A DNA stretch of 64,000 bases. Source: Flavobacteriales bacterium (lineage in GTDB: Bacteria; Bacteroidota; Bacteroidia; NS11-12g; UBA955). Made by a program: the position numbers and the translations under genes. The notes below the pieces were generated by a model. It worked only from the letters and a program-made list of their open reading frames with translations. It searched no databases and was not told where the DNA came from. Where the stretch lies: positions 19,555 through 83,554 of the forward strand of contig CANKVN010000001.1 of assembly GCA_947487055.1 (NCBI GenBank). Reading direction: 5' to 3'. This document shows positions 9,601 through 19,400 of this stretch, piece by piece; the first letter of the stretch is position 1, and each line of letters opens with the position of its first letter.

Positions 9601-10986
9601 ATGGATAAACCATCACTGCCTTCCGGAACGCGCGATTTCGGGCCCGATGTGATGATGCGGCGCAAATACCTGATTGGCTGCATAGAAAACACCTTCAAAC
9701 GCTACGGATTTCTGCCCATTGAAACGCCTGCACTTGAAAACCTTCGCACCCTGCAAGGCAAGTACGGCGACGAAGGCGATCAGCTGCTGTTTAAGGTTCT
9801 TAACAACGGAGATTTTCTGGCAAAAGCCGATGAAAAAACATTGCTAAACCGCGACAGCAAAGGCCTTTCACCGCTCATTGCAGACCGTGGACTTCGGTAC
9901 GATTTAACCGTTCCCCTGGCCCGCTTTGTGGTGATGAACCGTGACAAAATCAGCTTTCCCTTTCGGCGCTATCAAATGCAACCCGTTTGGCGGGCAGACC
10001 GGCCTCAAAAAGGTCGCTACCGCGAATTCTGGCAATGCGATGCCGATGTTTTGGGCAGCAATGGCATCAGCAACGAAGCCGATTTAATCAGTATTTATGA
10101 CGATGTTTTTTCAGAGCTGGACCTTAAGGTTACCATTCGATTAAACCACAGAAGGCTGTTGGACGCCTTTGGCAACTGGCTGCAAGGAACCCAAAACCTG
10201 GGCCGTTTTATGCAACTCATCGACAAAGCCGATAAAATTGGTTTCGATGGTGTTTCCCAAGAACTGAAAGCCAATGAAATTCCAAACGGCATTGAAGCCT
10301 GGACCTTTTTGCACAGCACCAGCCAGATGAACAGCCCGGCAGCCATACTGGAAGCGCTGCAAAAACAGGAATCCATTCAAAACGAACACCTGCAGGAGGG
10401 CATTGCCGCGTTAACGGCCTTGTTCAGCATCCTGGATAAACTTAAATTAAACAATAAGCTGCAACTGGACCTTACCCTGGCCAGGGGGCTGAGCTATTAC
10501 ACCGGCTGTGTTTTGGAAGTGGTTCCTTCCGATGACCGCATACCTGCTGATTTCAAAATTGGCAGCATTGGAGGCGGCGGACGTTATGATAACCTGACAG
10601 AAATTTTTGGGTTAAAAGATGTCTCGGGTGTTGGGATTTCTTTTGGACTGGACCGCATTTATGACATCATAGAATCGGCCCAGCTATTCCCTACCAATGC
10701 GCTGGAAAGCACCACCATTTTGATATGCGCCATGGACGAAACCACCATCCCCCATGCGTTTTCTTTGGCACAATCGCTGCGCAAAGCAGGCATTGCAACA
10801 GAGGTTTACCCTACTGCTGCCAAACTAAAGAAACAACTGGATTATGCCAATGCAAAAGGCATGCACTGGGCTGCCATTATCGGGGATCAGGAAATGCAAT
10901 CCGGAATGGTTACCCTCAAAAACCTCCAATCCGGCGATCAACAAACCATTGGACAGCAAGCCATAACAGAATACATTAAACCATGA
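9601..10986 (+). CDS. hisS: Histidine--tRNA ligase
   Basis: 461 aa class II aaRS with PSGTRDFGP near the N-terminus, RYREFWQCD, GGGGRYD, and a C-terminal anticodon-binding domain. Confidence 0.95.
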   Translation: MDKPSLPSGTRDFGPDVMMRRKYLIGCIENTFKRYGFLPIETPALENLRTLQGKYGDEGDQLLFKVLNNGDFLAKADEKTLLNRDSKGLSPLIADRGLRYDLTVPLARFVVMNRDKISFPFRRYQMQPVWRADRPQKGRYREFWQCDADVLGSNGISNEADLISIYDDVFSELDLKVTIRLNHRRLLDAFGNWLQGTQNLGRFMQLIDKADKIGFDGVSQELKANEIPNGIEAWTFLHSTSQMNSPAAILEALQKQESIQNEHLQEGIAALTALFSILDKLKLNNKLQLDLTLARGLSYYTGCVLEVVPSDDRIPADFKIGSIGGGGRYDNLTEIFGLKDVSGVGISFGLDRIYDIIESAQLFPTNALESTTILICAMDETTIPHAFSLAQSLRKAGIATEVYPTAAKLKKQLDYANAKGMHWAAIIGDQEMQSGMVTLKNLQSGDQQTIGQQAITEYIKP

Positions 10987-12452
10987 TTGAAATCCAAGAG
11001 CATTATAGCCTAAAAGACATACTGGATTTAATTCACAGCGAATCTAAAATTTGCTTATCGTCGCAGATTTTGCAACGAATAAATGCATCAGTAGCATTTC
11101 TGGAAAACCACCTAAAATCTGGCAACCCGGCTGTTTATGGGGTTAACACAGGTTTTGGAAGCTTGCAGCACGTGCGTGTTCCCGATGATGAACTGGAGGA
11201 GCTACAACGCAATTTGCTGATTACCCATGCGGCAGGCACAGGCAATTTCCTGGACCGAAAACTGGTAAAAACCATGCTGCTATTGAAAATCATCAACATC
11301 AGCAAAGGATTTAGTGCGGTTCGCAGCGAAGTGGTCGAACGCCTAATTTGGCATTACAACCAAGATTGGATCCCACAGGTTCACGAACAAGGCTCCCTTG
11401 GGGCTTCAGGCGATTTGGCTCCCTTGTCGGAAATGTGTCTGCCTCTGCTGGGAATGGGAACACTTAACCACCCTGTATTCGGCGCAAAATCTGCGTCGAA
11501 TGTACTTTCTGAAAACAACCTAAAAGCCATATCCCTTAAACCTAAGGAGGCTCTCGCGCTCATCAACGGGACCCAGTTCATGCTGGCCCATGCTTTGCAT
11601 CTGGCAAATACCTATTTAACCATTAAAGAACGCCTGCCTGTAGTGGCCGCTTTGAGCGCTGATGCCTGGCTTTGCCGGATGGATCCGTTTCAGCCACCGC
11701 TACACGCAATTCGTCCGCATGACGGACAGCAGCGAGCTGCCCATGAAATGCTCACCCTGCTGCAAAGCAGCCCATTGCAACAACTTCCCAGGCCTGCCGT
11801 ACAGGATCCTTATAGTTTCCGGTGCATACCACAGGTACATGGCGCCAGTTATGATGCCATGGCATACTGCATGCAGGTATGGGAAACGGAGCTAAACAGC
11901 GTAACCGATAATCCAAATGTATTTGTCGCTGAACAGCAAGTGTTAAGTGGTGGTAACTTTCACGGCCAGCCTTTGGCACTTACCCTTGATTTTGCGGCCA
12001 TGGCCCTGGCTGAACTCGCCAATATTTCCGAACGCAGAACCTACCTGCTCATTAGCGGACAGCGAGGTTTGCCGCCATTCCTTGCTCCCAATCCGGGCAC
12101 AGACAGCGGCTACATGATTGCGCAGTATACGGCTGCTAGCATTGTTAGCAAAAACAAGCAATTGTGCACCCCTGCAAGCGTAGACAGCATCGTAAGCAGC
12201 AACGGACAGGAAGACCATGTGAGTATGGGTGCCAATGCAGCCACAAAAGCCTTGCTGGTAGCAGAAAACGTGAGAAACGTAATCGCGATTGAATGGCTGT
12301 GTGCCAACCAGGCCATGACTTACAGGGAGGGAGAAACATTTGACCAGGCGGAACATTTGATGCAAAAAATGCCACTATCTCAGGCGGAACATTGCGATTC
12401 CCCAATGCACGAACTGATAAGCCGGGCAAAGCAAAGCCTGTTTGGCCATTAA
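10983..12452 (+). CDS. hutH: Histidine ammonia-lyase family (MIO-dependent aromatic amino acid lyase)
   Basis: 489 aa with the MIO precursor GASGDLAPLS, LINGTQ and QDPYSFRCIPQVHGAS. The selectivity position reads T-H (LLITHAAGTG), closer to HAL (S-H) than to PAL/TAL as I recall them. Its start overlaps the hisS stop (ATGA). Confidence 0.72.
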   Translation: MIEIQEHYSLKDILDLIHSESKICLSSQILQRINASVAFLENHLKSGNPAVYGVNTGFGSLQHVRVPDDELEELQRNLLITHAAGTGNFLDRKLVKTMLLLKIINISKGFSAVRSEVVERLIWHYNQDWIPQVHEQGSLGASGDLAPLSEMCLPLLGMGTLNHPVFGAKSASNVLSENNLKAISLKPKEALALINGTQFMLAHALHLANTYLTIKERLPVVAALSADAWLCRMDPFQPPLHAIRPHDGQQRAAHEMLTLLQSSPLQQLPRPAVQDPYSFRCIPQVHGASYDAMAYCMQVWETELNSVTDNPNVFVAEQQVLSGGNFHGQPLALTLDFAAMALAELANISERRTYLLISGQRGLPPFLAPNPGTDSGYMIAQYTAASIVSKNKQLCTPASVDSIVSSNGQEDHVSMGANAATKALLVAENVRNVIAIEWLCANQAMTYREGETFDQAEHLMQKMPLSQAEHCDSPMHELISRAKQSLFGH

Positions 12453-14002
12453 GGATTGCCAATATAGAGCTCGCGGCTCATTTTGCGGCCCTTTGCCGAA
12501 AGCGAAACCCGGTACACGCCGGGCACCAGCCTTTTCAATGGAATCACTACCTCTTGCTCTTCCGGTGGCAGCGGATCATACAATTGTTTGTAAACGGTTT
12601 GCCTTCCACGGGTAATTTCAAGGGTGCCGCTTTTCATTCCCGGAAGCCCAAAATGCACCATAAATGCAGCACTATCGGTAAGGTTACCCATTTCCATATA
12701 AGCCTGCCTGGGCACATCGGCAAATTTTTTGATGAATCTATCGGTAAGCACTGCCACCTTCACCATGCTCATACATTCCTCTTTTTCGTAGGTGGTAAAA
12801 GCTACACTCAGTTGGCCTTTTGCCGCGGCAACCGCTATATAATCGCCAAAAAACACCTTACTGCCCGGAGGGCAAAACGATTGGTTGGTAACGCGGTATT
12901 CCTTTCCAGGCTTCCCTTTCACGATAGGCCGCAAATAGATATCCGTATAAATATTGTTTGCGGAGTGCCTTCTATCGTACCAAATGGCATAGGCTTTACC
13001 GGTGCTTTGATCTACGCACAACTGGGGCATATACTGGTCGCGGCCATTGCCTTGTGGATCGGAATTTAAACGCAGGTCATCGCTCCAGCTTTTGCCGCCA
13101 TCCTGGCTTGTTTTGAGGAAAATATCGTAATCTCCGTGGCGTTTATCGCCATAAATCAAATAGAGGCGGCCTTTGGAATCGGACTTCAGGAACGGCATAT
13201 TGTTGCTTCGCATCAAAGCCGGGATATCTGCTACCGCCCAGCCGGTAAGTTGATTTGCAATAATGCGGTCCTTACCCCAGGTTTTACCACCATCCAAACT
13301 CATATCAAACCACAATTTGTCTTTTCCCGCCCAAACGCAATAAACCTCACCGGCAGTACCCACCGCGCAGGTAGCTCCTTCAAGGGTTCCATCATCGTCG
13401 GTGGCATCACCGCAGGAGTCGCTTATTGTGGTTGTTTGAAATGTATCTGTTGCATTTCTGCGCCAGGCAAACCTGATGCGGCTTGAGTCTGAAGCACTTT
13501 TACTGCCATAGCGGTCAAATTCAGTCCAGGACACATACAAACTTCCTTTAAACGGGCTTTTTTTGTGCTCGTCCATTGCAATCCAGGGTTTGTCCTGCAT
13601 TTTCCCTTTCCGGTGACCAATACCAGTGCTAATCCAGCTTGCGCCACCATCCCGGGATGATTGCAATACAATACGGTCGAACTGTTCGGGCCATTCCAAC
13701 CGCGGGTTTCTGGCCAAACTTAAGAGGTAGAATCGACCTTGTTGGTCAATATGCACCACAGGATCTCCATAGAAACCCTCCGGAGGGCTTAGGGAAAGGG
13801 ATTTCCAGGAATATCCAGCATCGGTAGACTGAAAGAAGTAGGCCGTGTTGGAACCCAGTATTTGAATATTCGGATTAGTGGGATGAATGGCAATACTTGG
13901 CTCATTGGTTTCCACCCCGCCTGTCCCCAAATCCACCAATGTGGTTTGGGCATTAAGCATCAGGCTAACCGATGCCAGGCAAAAAGCCAGCATCCATTTC
14001 AT
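12449..14002 (-). CDS. BNR/Asp-box repeat (sialidase-fold) secreted protein with T9SS C-terminal sorting domain
   Basis: Four Asp-boxes are present (STDAGYSW, SRDGGASW, SLDGGKTW, SQDGGKSW). The signal peptide MKWMLAFCLASVSLMLNAQ starts at ATG 14002; the track's longer start at 14071 would overlap trxB. The C-terminus (LVPGVYRVSLSAKGRKMSRELYI) resembles a type-A T9SS CTD. Confidence 0.7.
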   Translation of the reverse strand: MKWMLAFCLASVSLMLNAQTTLVDLGTGGVETNEPSIAIHPTNPNIQILGSNTAYFFQSTDAGYSWKSLSLSPPEGFYGDPVVHIDQQGRFYLLSLARNPRLEWPEQFDRIVLQSSRDGGASWISTGIGHRKGKMQDKPWIAMDEHKKSPFKGSLYVSWTEFDRYGSKSASDSSRIRFAWRRNATDTFQTTTISDSCGDATDDDGTLEGATCAVGTAGEVYCVWAGKDKLWFDMSLDGGKTWGKDRIIANQLTGWAVADIPALMRSNNMPFLKSDSKGRLYLIYGDKRHGDYDIFLKTSQDGGKSWSDDLRLNSDPQGNGRDQYMPQLCVDQSTGKAYAIWYDRRHSANNIYTDIYLRPIVKGKPGKEYRVTNQSFCPPGSKVFFGDYIAVAAAKGQLSVAFTTYEKEECMSMVKVAVLTDRFIKKFADVPRQAYMEMGNLTDSAAFMVHFGLPGMKSGTLEITRGRQTVYKQLYDPLPPEEQEVVIPLKRLVPGVYRVSLSAKGRKMSRELYIGNP

Positions 14003-14004
14003 CG

Positions 14005-14964
14005 TCAGGCGTTTGAAGGAGCAGAATGACGCGCTGCCAGCCAGCGTTCGGCATCCAGTGCAGCCATACATCCGCTACCCGCTGCAGTTACAGCCTGCCT
14101 GTAGGTTTTATCCTGGGCATCGCCGGAGCAAAACACCCCTTCCATGTTGGTGTAGGTGCTACCAGGACGGGTGAGTATATAGCCCTGCTCATCCATATCG
14201 ATAAAGGGCTTGAATATGTCCGTATTTGGGGTGTGACCAATGGCAACAAAAAATCCTTTGATGGAAATTTCGCGGGTTTCGCCAGTTTGGTTGTTTTTCA
14301 CCCGAACGGCTTCCACTGTTTTGTCGCCCAGTATTTCATCGGTTTCGGTATTGAACAAAACCTCAATATTCGGAGTTGTAAGCACCCTGTGCTGCATGGC
14401 TTTGCTGGCGCGGAATTCATCTTTGCGTACCAACATGTAAACCTTGCTGCATATTTTTGAAAGATAGCTTGCCTCTTCGCAGGCTGTATCGCCGGCACCT
14501 ACAATGGCTACATCGCTGTTGCGGTAGAAAAAACCATCGCAAACGGCGCAAGCACTAACGCCACTGCCATTAAGCCTTTGCTCGCTGGGAATACCCAACC
14601 ATTTGGCACTGGCACCGGTTGAAATAATCACTGAATCTGCAACAATTTCCTTGGTACCATCAACCACCACTTTTTGAGGACCTCCCTGCGTAAATTCCAC
14701 CGAAGTAACCATACCAAAGCGCACATCGGCACCCAGGCGAACGGCTTGCTTTTTAAACAAATCCATCATTTCAGGTCCCATGATACCATCAGGGTAACCA
14801 GGGTAATTTTCCACGTCGGTAGTAATGGTCAGTTGTCCGCCGGGCTGAAGCCCTTCGTACATCACAGGTTTCATATCTGCGCGGGCAGCATAAATAGCTG
14901 CAGTGTATCCGGCTGGCCCACTGCCGATAATGAGGCATTCTACATGTTCAGGTGTTGCGTTCAT
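14005..14964 (-). CDS. trxB: Thioredoxin-disulfide reductase
   Basis: 319 aa with the FAD motif GSGPAGYTAA, redox-active CAVCDG and a second dinucleotide motif GAGDTACEEA. Confidence 0.95.
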   Translation of the reverse strand: MNATPEHVECLIIGSGPAGYTAAIYAARADMKPVMYEGLQPGGQLTITTDVENYPGYPDGIMGPEMMDLFKKQAVRLGADVRFGMVTSVEFTQGGPQKVVVDGTKEIVADSVIISTGASAKWLGIPSEQRLNGSGVSACAVCDGFFYRNSDVAIVGAGDTACEEASYLSKICSKVYMLVRKDEFRASKAMQHRVLTTPNIEVLFNTETDEILGDKTVEAVRVKNNQTGETREISIKGFFVAIGHTPNTDIFKPFIDMDEQGYILTRPGSTYTNMEGVFCSGDAQDKTYRQAVTAAGSGCMAALDAERWLAARHSAPSNA

Positions 14965-15376
14965 ATTCAGAAGGGCAAATTTAAGCAGGTAATGGCAGAT
15001 TCGCCATGCCCCTTTTTTAGTTTAGCATTATTGGTTCCCGATACCGACGAAACTACACCCCCTGAAATAGGAAATCAGCCATCCAGAAAAGAATTCCTTA
15101 AGTATAACCATAAATACCCTGTAACCCTTTATTTGAAATGCTTTAAACAATTATTAAAAAACCTTTTCAACGCATTTTTTGCGTCGATTAAAAGCAATCA
15201 AGTAAAAAACAAAACCAGACATGGATAATTTTATAAAAATATGACAACAGTCATAAAGCCAGTCCATGCGTGATTGGCGATGAAAACCAATGCGTTAGGT
15301 CATATATTTTAATTCATTTATGATTTTGAAATTCGATTTTTTTATGTTAATTCGTATTAATAAATATATATGGCCT

Positions 15377-15472
15377 ATGTCAGAAGATTACATGTTAATT
15401 TTTGCGGGCGTTGTGGTGGTCGTTCCGGCCATTTTCCTGATTGTGTGGCTGACGTCTCGCGGTAAAAAATGA
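15377..15472 (+). CDS. Candidate 31-aa single-TM micro-protein (MSEDYMLIFAGVVVVVPAIFLIVWLTSRGKK)
   Basis: Below the track cut-off. The ATG follows an AT-rich spacer. One hydrophobic helix ends in a basic tail, and the stop codon is followed one nucleotide later (stop ends 15472, stem starts 15474) by a perfect 10-bp-stem terminator. Confidence 0.35.
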   Translation: MSEDYMLIFAGVVVVVPAIFLIVWLTSRGKK

Positions 15473-15473
15473 G

Positions 15474-15498
15474 AAAACCCGGGGGAACCCGGGTTTTT
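15474..15498. terminator. Bidirectional intrinsic terminator
   Basis: AAAACCCGGG-GGAA-CCCGGGTTTT is a perfect 10-bp stem with a 4-nt loop and T/A runs on both sides. It lies between the small plus-strand ORF and the end of the minus-strand four-gene unit. Confidence 0.7.
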
Positions 15499-15620
15499 AT
15501 TTGCCTGATTTTTAGTTAGCGCCCCAAATTCAACCATCAAAACCAAAAAAGCAGAACAACCATGTTGCTGCTAAATTGAGCTAACAGACATAGCCGCAAA
15601 CCAGCACTAAAGCAACACCA

Positions 15621-17243
15621 TTACTGCAACACTGCCTGATAGCCGAGCATACCCTGAAACACCGTGCGTGAAGGTGATAGTTGCTGATACTGAATCGAAC
15701 ATTGCAATGATTGCCGTTTGCTAACCGCCCAGGATAACTGCCCCCTGCCAAACGTGGTTTCCCTAAGTAAATTATTGCCCTGATAAGCCCTGTTTTGGCT
15801 CACTGAAATGGTTGAACGTGCTTTGCCCTTTGCCCAGGCCATATTCACAGCAATAACCGGGCAGTGATTGGTTATGACAATTTCATTTATTGTGTTTTTA
15901 CCTGTATTATAAGAAAAGGAAACAGTTGCACCTGATTTTCTGTGTTTACCGGAAAATCCGAGGGCTGTGTTGTAGAAGTCACTACCGCCCTGCAGGCTGG
16001 CGGTTTCACGTTGCCACAAAGCAGACCCGGTAACCACGGATTCCCATTGCTTTGACTTTTGCAAAGGAATACTCCATTGCATGTTTGCCGATTGAGAAAT
16101 CTGCCTGAAATTTAACGTATCCCATGCCAGCATTGGGTTTCCCGGCTGCACAACATCCAAAAAGGAACGCGCATTGGTGTAACTGGTAAAATTGGAATAC
16201 ATCACAGAAAGCATGGAACGCTTTGCTGACGCATACTGCAACTGGGCCTGATATACATTTCGCAGCATGGAAGCGGTTTTGTTCATTTTCAGGTTATCCC
16301 GCTGGATTCCTCCTTGTGCACTCAACTGCAACTTCCCTTTCATCCCCCGCAGGCTTGCACCTACGGTCATATTCTCAAGGTCATTGTTAAAATAATAAGC
16401 TCCCAGCGTTTGATAATCAGGATCTACGCGCTCGTAGGCTGTATTCCATTGCACTACATTACCCTGATGCACCAGGCTTGCCTTAAAGGCATGGTGAAGT
16501 GCATTTATTTGGGGAGTTCTGTAATCATTCATCATGCGAGACTGGCTTATATCCAGCCCCAACTGCCATTTTCTCCGCAACACTTGATTCCATTGAACAC
16601 CAAACACATCATTGCTTTTAGGGGTAATCCCAAGCTCGAATGGAAGGGCTTCAATACTGCCTGTGTCATCCTGGGCATGAAAGTAAAGCAATTGCAAACG
16701 GCTTCCGCGGTTCTGGTAGGCACTCCGAACACCCATTCCCAATCTTTTGTATGCCGGCCGCATGTTGCCAAAACTCGAATCCGGAAGCGGAATGGCTTTT
16801 TGAAACCGGCCGTAAAGCGCTGAAATTGTCCATTTACCAGGCGTTAAATCAATGGCTGCACCTTGAAAAACGTGGCCGTTAAGCGAATAAGGAGACCAGC
16901 TTTGGGCAATACGCCCAACATGCACCTGCACCCATTTATATTTGGGATGAAAAGCGGTCTGGTTAAACGTTGGCTGTGTGTAAGCATTTCCCAGATTGGA
17001 ATATAACATCTGAAAAGGCGCATCCACAACACCGAAAAGGGTTAGGTTGAGGTTACCGGTAAACACATAATTAAACGAACTACCCTGCATTGCGTCGCCT
17101 GTTCCGCGATTGAGCATTTGTATCAGCCCCACATTGCCGCGTGCCACCAGCCATTTCGATTTGACCACTTGCTCCAGATCCTGGCTACGGCCATACTTAA
17201 TTGCCAGTAATTGCAGCAGCAACAATATCAATTTAGCGCGCAT
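15621..17243 (-). CDS. Secreted 540-aa protein, putative outer-membrane beta-barrel; family not recognised
   Basis: Signal peptide MRAKLILLLLQLLAIKYGRSQ. After it there is no hydrophobic helix. The sequence is rich in Q/N/S/Y/G with alternating amphipathic stretches. It is the last gene of the coupled unit (12-nt gap to the upstream gene). Confidence 0.45.
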   Translation of the reverse strand: MRAKLILLLLQLLAIKYGRSQDLEQVVKSKWLVARGNVGLIQMLNRGTGDAMQGSSFNYVFTGNLNLTLFGVVDAPFQMLYSNLGNAYTQPTFNQTAFHPKYKWVQVHVGRIAQSWSPYSLNGHVFQGAAIDLTPGKWTISALYGRFQKAIPLPDSSFGNMRPAYKRLGMGVRSAYQNRGSRLQLLYFHAQDDTGSIEALPFELGITPKSNDVFGVQWNQVLRRKWQLGLDISQSRMMNDYRTPQINALHHAFKASLVHQGNVVQWNTAYERVDPDYQTLGAYYFNNDLENMTVGASLRGMKGKLQLSAQGGIQRDNLKMNKTASMLRNVYQAQLQYASAKRSMLSVMYSNFTSYTNARSFLDVVQPGNPMLAWDTLNFRQISQSANMQWSIPLQKSKQWESVVTGSALWQRETASLQGGSDFYNTALGFSGKHRKSGATVSFSYNTGKNTINEIVITNHCPVIAVNMAWAKGKARSTISVSQNRAYQGNNLLRETTFGRGQLSWAVSKRQSLQCSIQYQQLSPSRTVFQGMLGYQAVLQ

Positions 17244-17255
17244 GGTCTTTCCCGA

Positions 17256-19400
17256 TTAATCAACAACAATCATTTTGAGGGTTTTAAGCTCATTGGCTGT
17301 TTGAACCCTGACATAATAAACCCCTTTGGCAGCAATAGAAAAAGCCATTTCATCCATCTGCTGAATATTGATTTTGGAACTGCTTTGAAGAACCTTTCCG
17401 GAAATAGGATCCAACAACATCAGTTTTACATCGGCGGCTTCCCGCAACCTTATTTTTATCTTGTAATCCTTTCCATTGCTGGGATTGGGCCTCAATCCGG
17501 CATGGATCAGGTTGGGACCCAGATAACCCATGCGGACATCCATCCTGGCTGAATCTGTGGCGCTTATAACCTGAATTTGCTTTTCCCTTACAAACCCACA
17601 TCCGTTTGAAAACCTGGACCTCAGCACCACCAAAAAACGGCCTGTGTCTAAAAACAACGCCCGGATTCCATTTGGCTCCTCTGTTACCTTCTTGTATTGC
17701 TTACCAATGATAAACCAGCTATTGGTGCTGGCTTTTGGCAAACAATGATCGATGGCCAAAACCGTATCGGAAAGCCTAACCTGGGCCGGAATGAGGAAAT
17801 CATGTTTAACCTGTTCATTTCGTTGTTCAACCTTGATGGTATCCCTGGCTACGCATCCAGAATCGTTGGTCCACTCCAAAAACCACAGTCCGCTTTCATG
17901 CAAACTAAACGTATCGGAAGTAAATATTTTGCTGCTGGAACTCCTCCTCACAAAAGCAGCGGCATTGGGGTCTTTGGCATCCACAAACTGTGATTGACCC
18001 GGGCAAAAAACGGTATCAATCCGAAATTTTTTTCCAAAAGGCAATGCTCCCGGAATGTTGAGGGTATCCAGAACAACACAACCTCCCGTATTGGTAGCTG
18101 TAAACGGGTACTTGCCCCTTCCCAGGTGCGTGAGGGTGTCACCTGCTCTTATTACGCCAAACCCTTTAAAGCCAATGAGAACGGTGTCATTCCATTTGGC
18201 ACTGCCAGCTGTTGCAAGCCATTTTCCATCCTTTTTACCTGGACAAGATTCACCATCTCTGAAGGTTGTATTTAGTTTAAATCCATACGGGCCCTCCAGG
18301 CTGACAGTATCCCAGCGAAATCCACAGTCAAAATCGTTCCAAGGTGTAAAATCAACACCCACAGCATACAAACCGTTGATCAAATGCAGCTCTTTTCCTG
18401 CATTTACGGCTGCCAATGGATGAAATTGACCCGATTTATCATTGAAATTAAATTGTGATACCTGACGGTAGTTGCCCAAAAACCATAACAATTTATTGCC
18501 TGTATCATTCAATTTCCTCAACCAAATATTCACCCCAAAAAACGATTGGTGTAAACTGTCATTTTTAAAATAAACATGGATATTCTTTTGGTTTTCCAGA
18601 CAAGTCTTACCCGAAGTAATCACAGAATCTTTTCGGGCATTGAGATAAAAGTTTAGTGGCCCAAAAACAGAACTGGCTTTATTTTTCTCCCCGGTAACAC
18701 CAAAAGTATCTAGCATGATTTTATAATAACGTCTGACATTGAAAACCCCTGCAGATTGACGTTTAAGGGATGCGAAAGGCGAAAAAACCATTCCCGTATC
18801 AGCGGCAAACCATGGTCCATTTAGAGAAGTTGCTTCATACCATTTCAATTTTCCATCAGAAAATGACGGGTTAAAAAAGCAGGGGGCCGTCAATTTAACA
18901 TTCATCGCTTCCTGCTCGCAATGAAACTGTCGCTGGGGATTTAGCCCACCAATGGCTATTGGATCATGCGATTGGCTGTCATTAAACCATTTTAGCGTTA
19001 ACGACGCACAAATTGTTCCCAGTTCATTCATAGGAAAGGCTTCACAGGTTCCCTTTTTCAGCAGACCAGGGAAGCGATATGCCGTGCAATAGGGATTGGT
19101 GAAATTTTTGGCAAACGTATTGGTTTGGGGCACCCTGCGCGTATGGTCAATTATTTTAAATGATATGGAATCTACAGCAGCAGCAAATTCCCGGCGCCAT
19201 TCGTAGGAAAACGGACCATTAACGGTGAATGAATCTTCCTTTATGTCCGAAGCATGCAAATGATAAGTCAGTTTCAACTTAACAAAATCTGCATTGCCAC
19301 TTCCCCAGGTGTAATTGCCTGAAAATTTGAACAACAAATGATTGGATGCAAAACCTGCATTCATCATCAGCAATAGTGTAATTAATCCTTTGATTTTCAT
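17256..19400 (-). CDS. Cys-rich secreted 714-aa protein with type-A T9SS C-terminal sorting domain (surface/adhesin-like)
   Basis: Signal peptide MKIKGLITLLLMMNAGFA. The C-terminus LRPNPSNGKDYKIKIRL..VKLMLLDPISGKVL..GVYYVRVQTANELKTLKMIVVD matches the T9SS CTD pattern. There are two T-N-x-x-G-C-V-x-x-D-T motifs (TNTGGCVVLDT, TNDSGCVARDT). Its start overlaps the upstream stop (ATGA). Confidence 0.6.
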   Translation of the reverse strand: MKIKGLITLLLMMNAGFASNHLLFKFSGNYTWGSGNADFVKLKLTYHLHASDIKEDSFTVNGPFSYEWRREFAAAVDSISFKIIDHTRRVPQTNTFAKNFTNPYCTAYRFPGLLKKGTCEAFPMNELGTICASLTLKWFNDSQSHDPIAIGGLNPQRQFHCEQEAMNVKLTAPCFFNPSFSDGKLKWYEATSLNGPWFAADTGMVFSPFASLKRQSAGVFNVRRYYKIMLDTFGVTGEKNKASSVFGPLNFYLNARKDSVITSGKTCLENQKNIHVYFKNDSLHQSFFGVNIWLRKLNDTGNKLLWFLGNYRQVSQFNFNDKSGQFHPLAAVNAGKELHLINGLYAVGVDFTPWNDFDCGFRWDTVSLEGPYGFKLNTTFRDGESCPGKKDGKWLATAGSAKWNDTVLIGFKGFGVIRAGDTLTHLGRGKYPFTATNTGGCVVLDTLNIPGALPFGKKFRIDTVFCPGQSQFVDAKDPNAAAFVRRSSSSKIFTSDTFSLHESGLWFLEWTNDSGCVARDTIKVEQRNEQVKHDFLIPAQVRLSDTVLAIDHCLPKASTNSWFIIGKQYKKVTEEPNGIRALFLDTGRFLVVLRSRFSNGCGFVREKQIQVISATDSARMDVRMGYLGPNLIHAGLRPNPSNGKDYKIKIRLREAADVKLMLLDPISGKVLQSSSKINIQQMDEMAFSIAAKGVYYVRVQTANELKTLKMIVVD

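Noticed and set aside
12392-13069. 225-aa plus-strand ORF, and other 100-190-aa ORFs antisense to the BNR, trxB, barrel, PaaN-like, FAD-oxidoreductase and porU genes
   Set aside because: They are antisense or out-of-frame overlaps of well-supported genes and are low-complexity, Arg/His/Cys-rich translations typical of non-coding frames.
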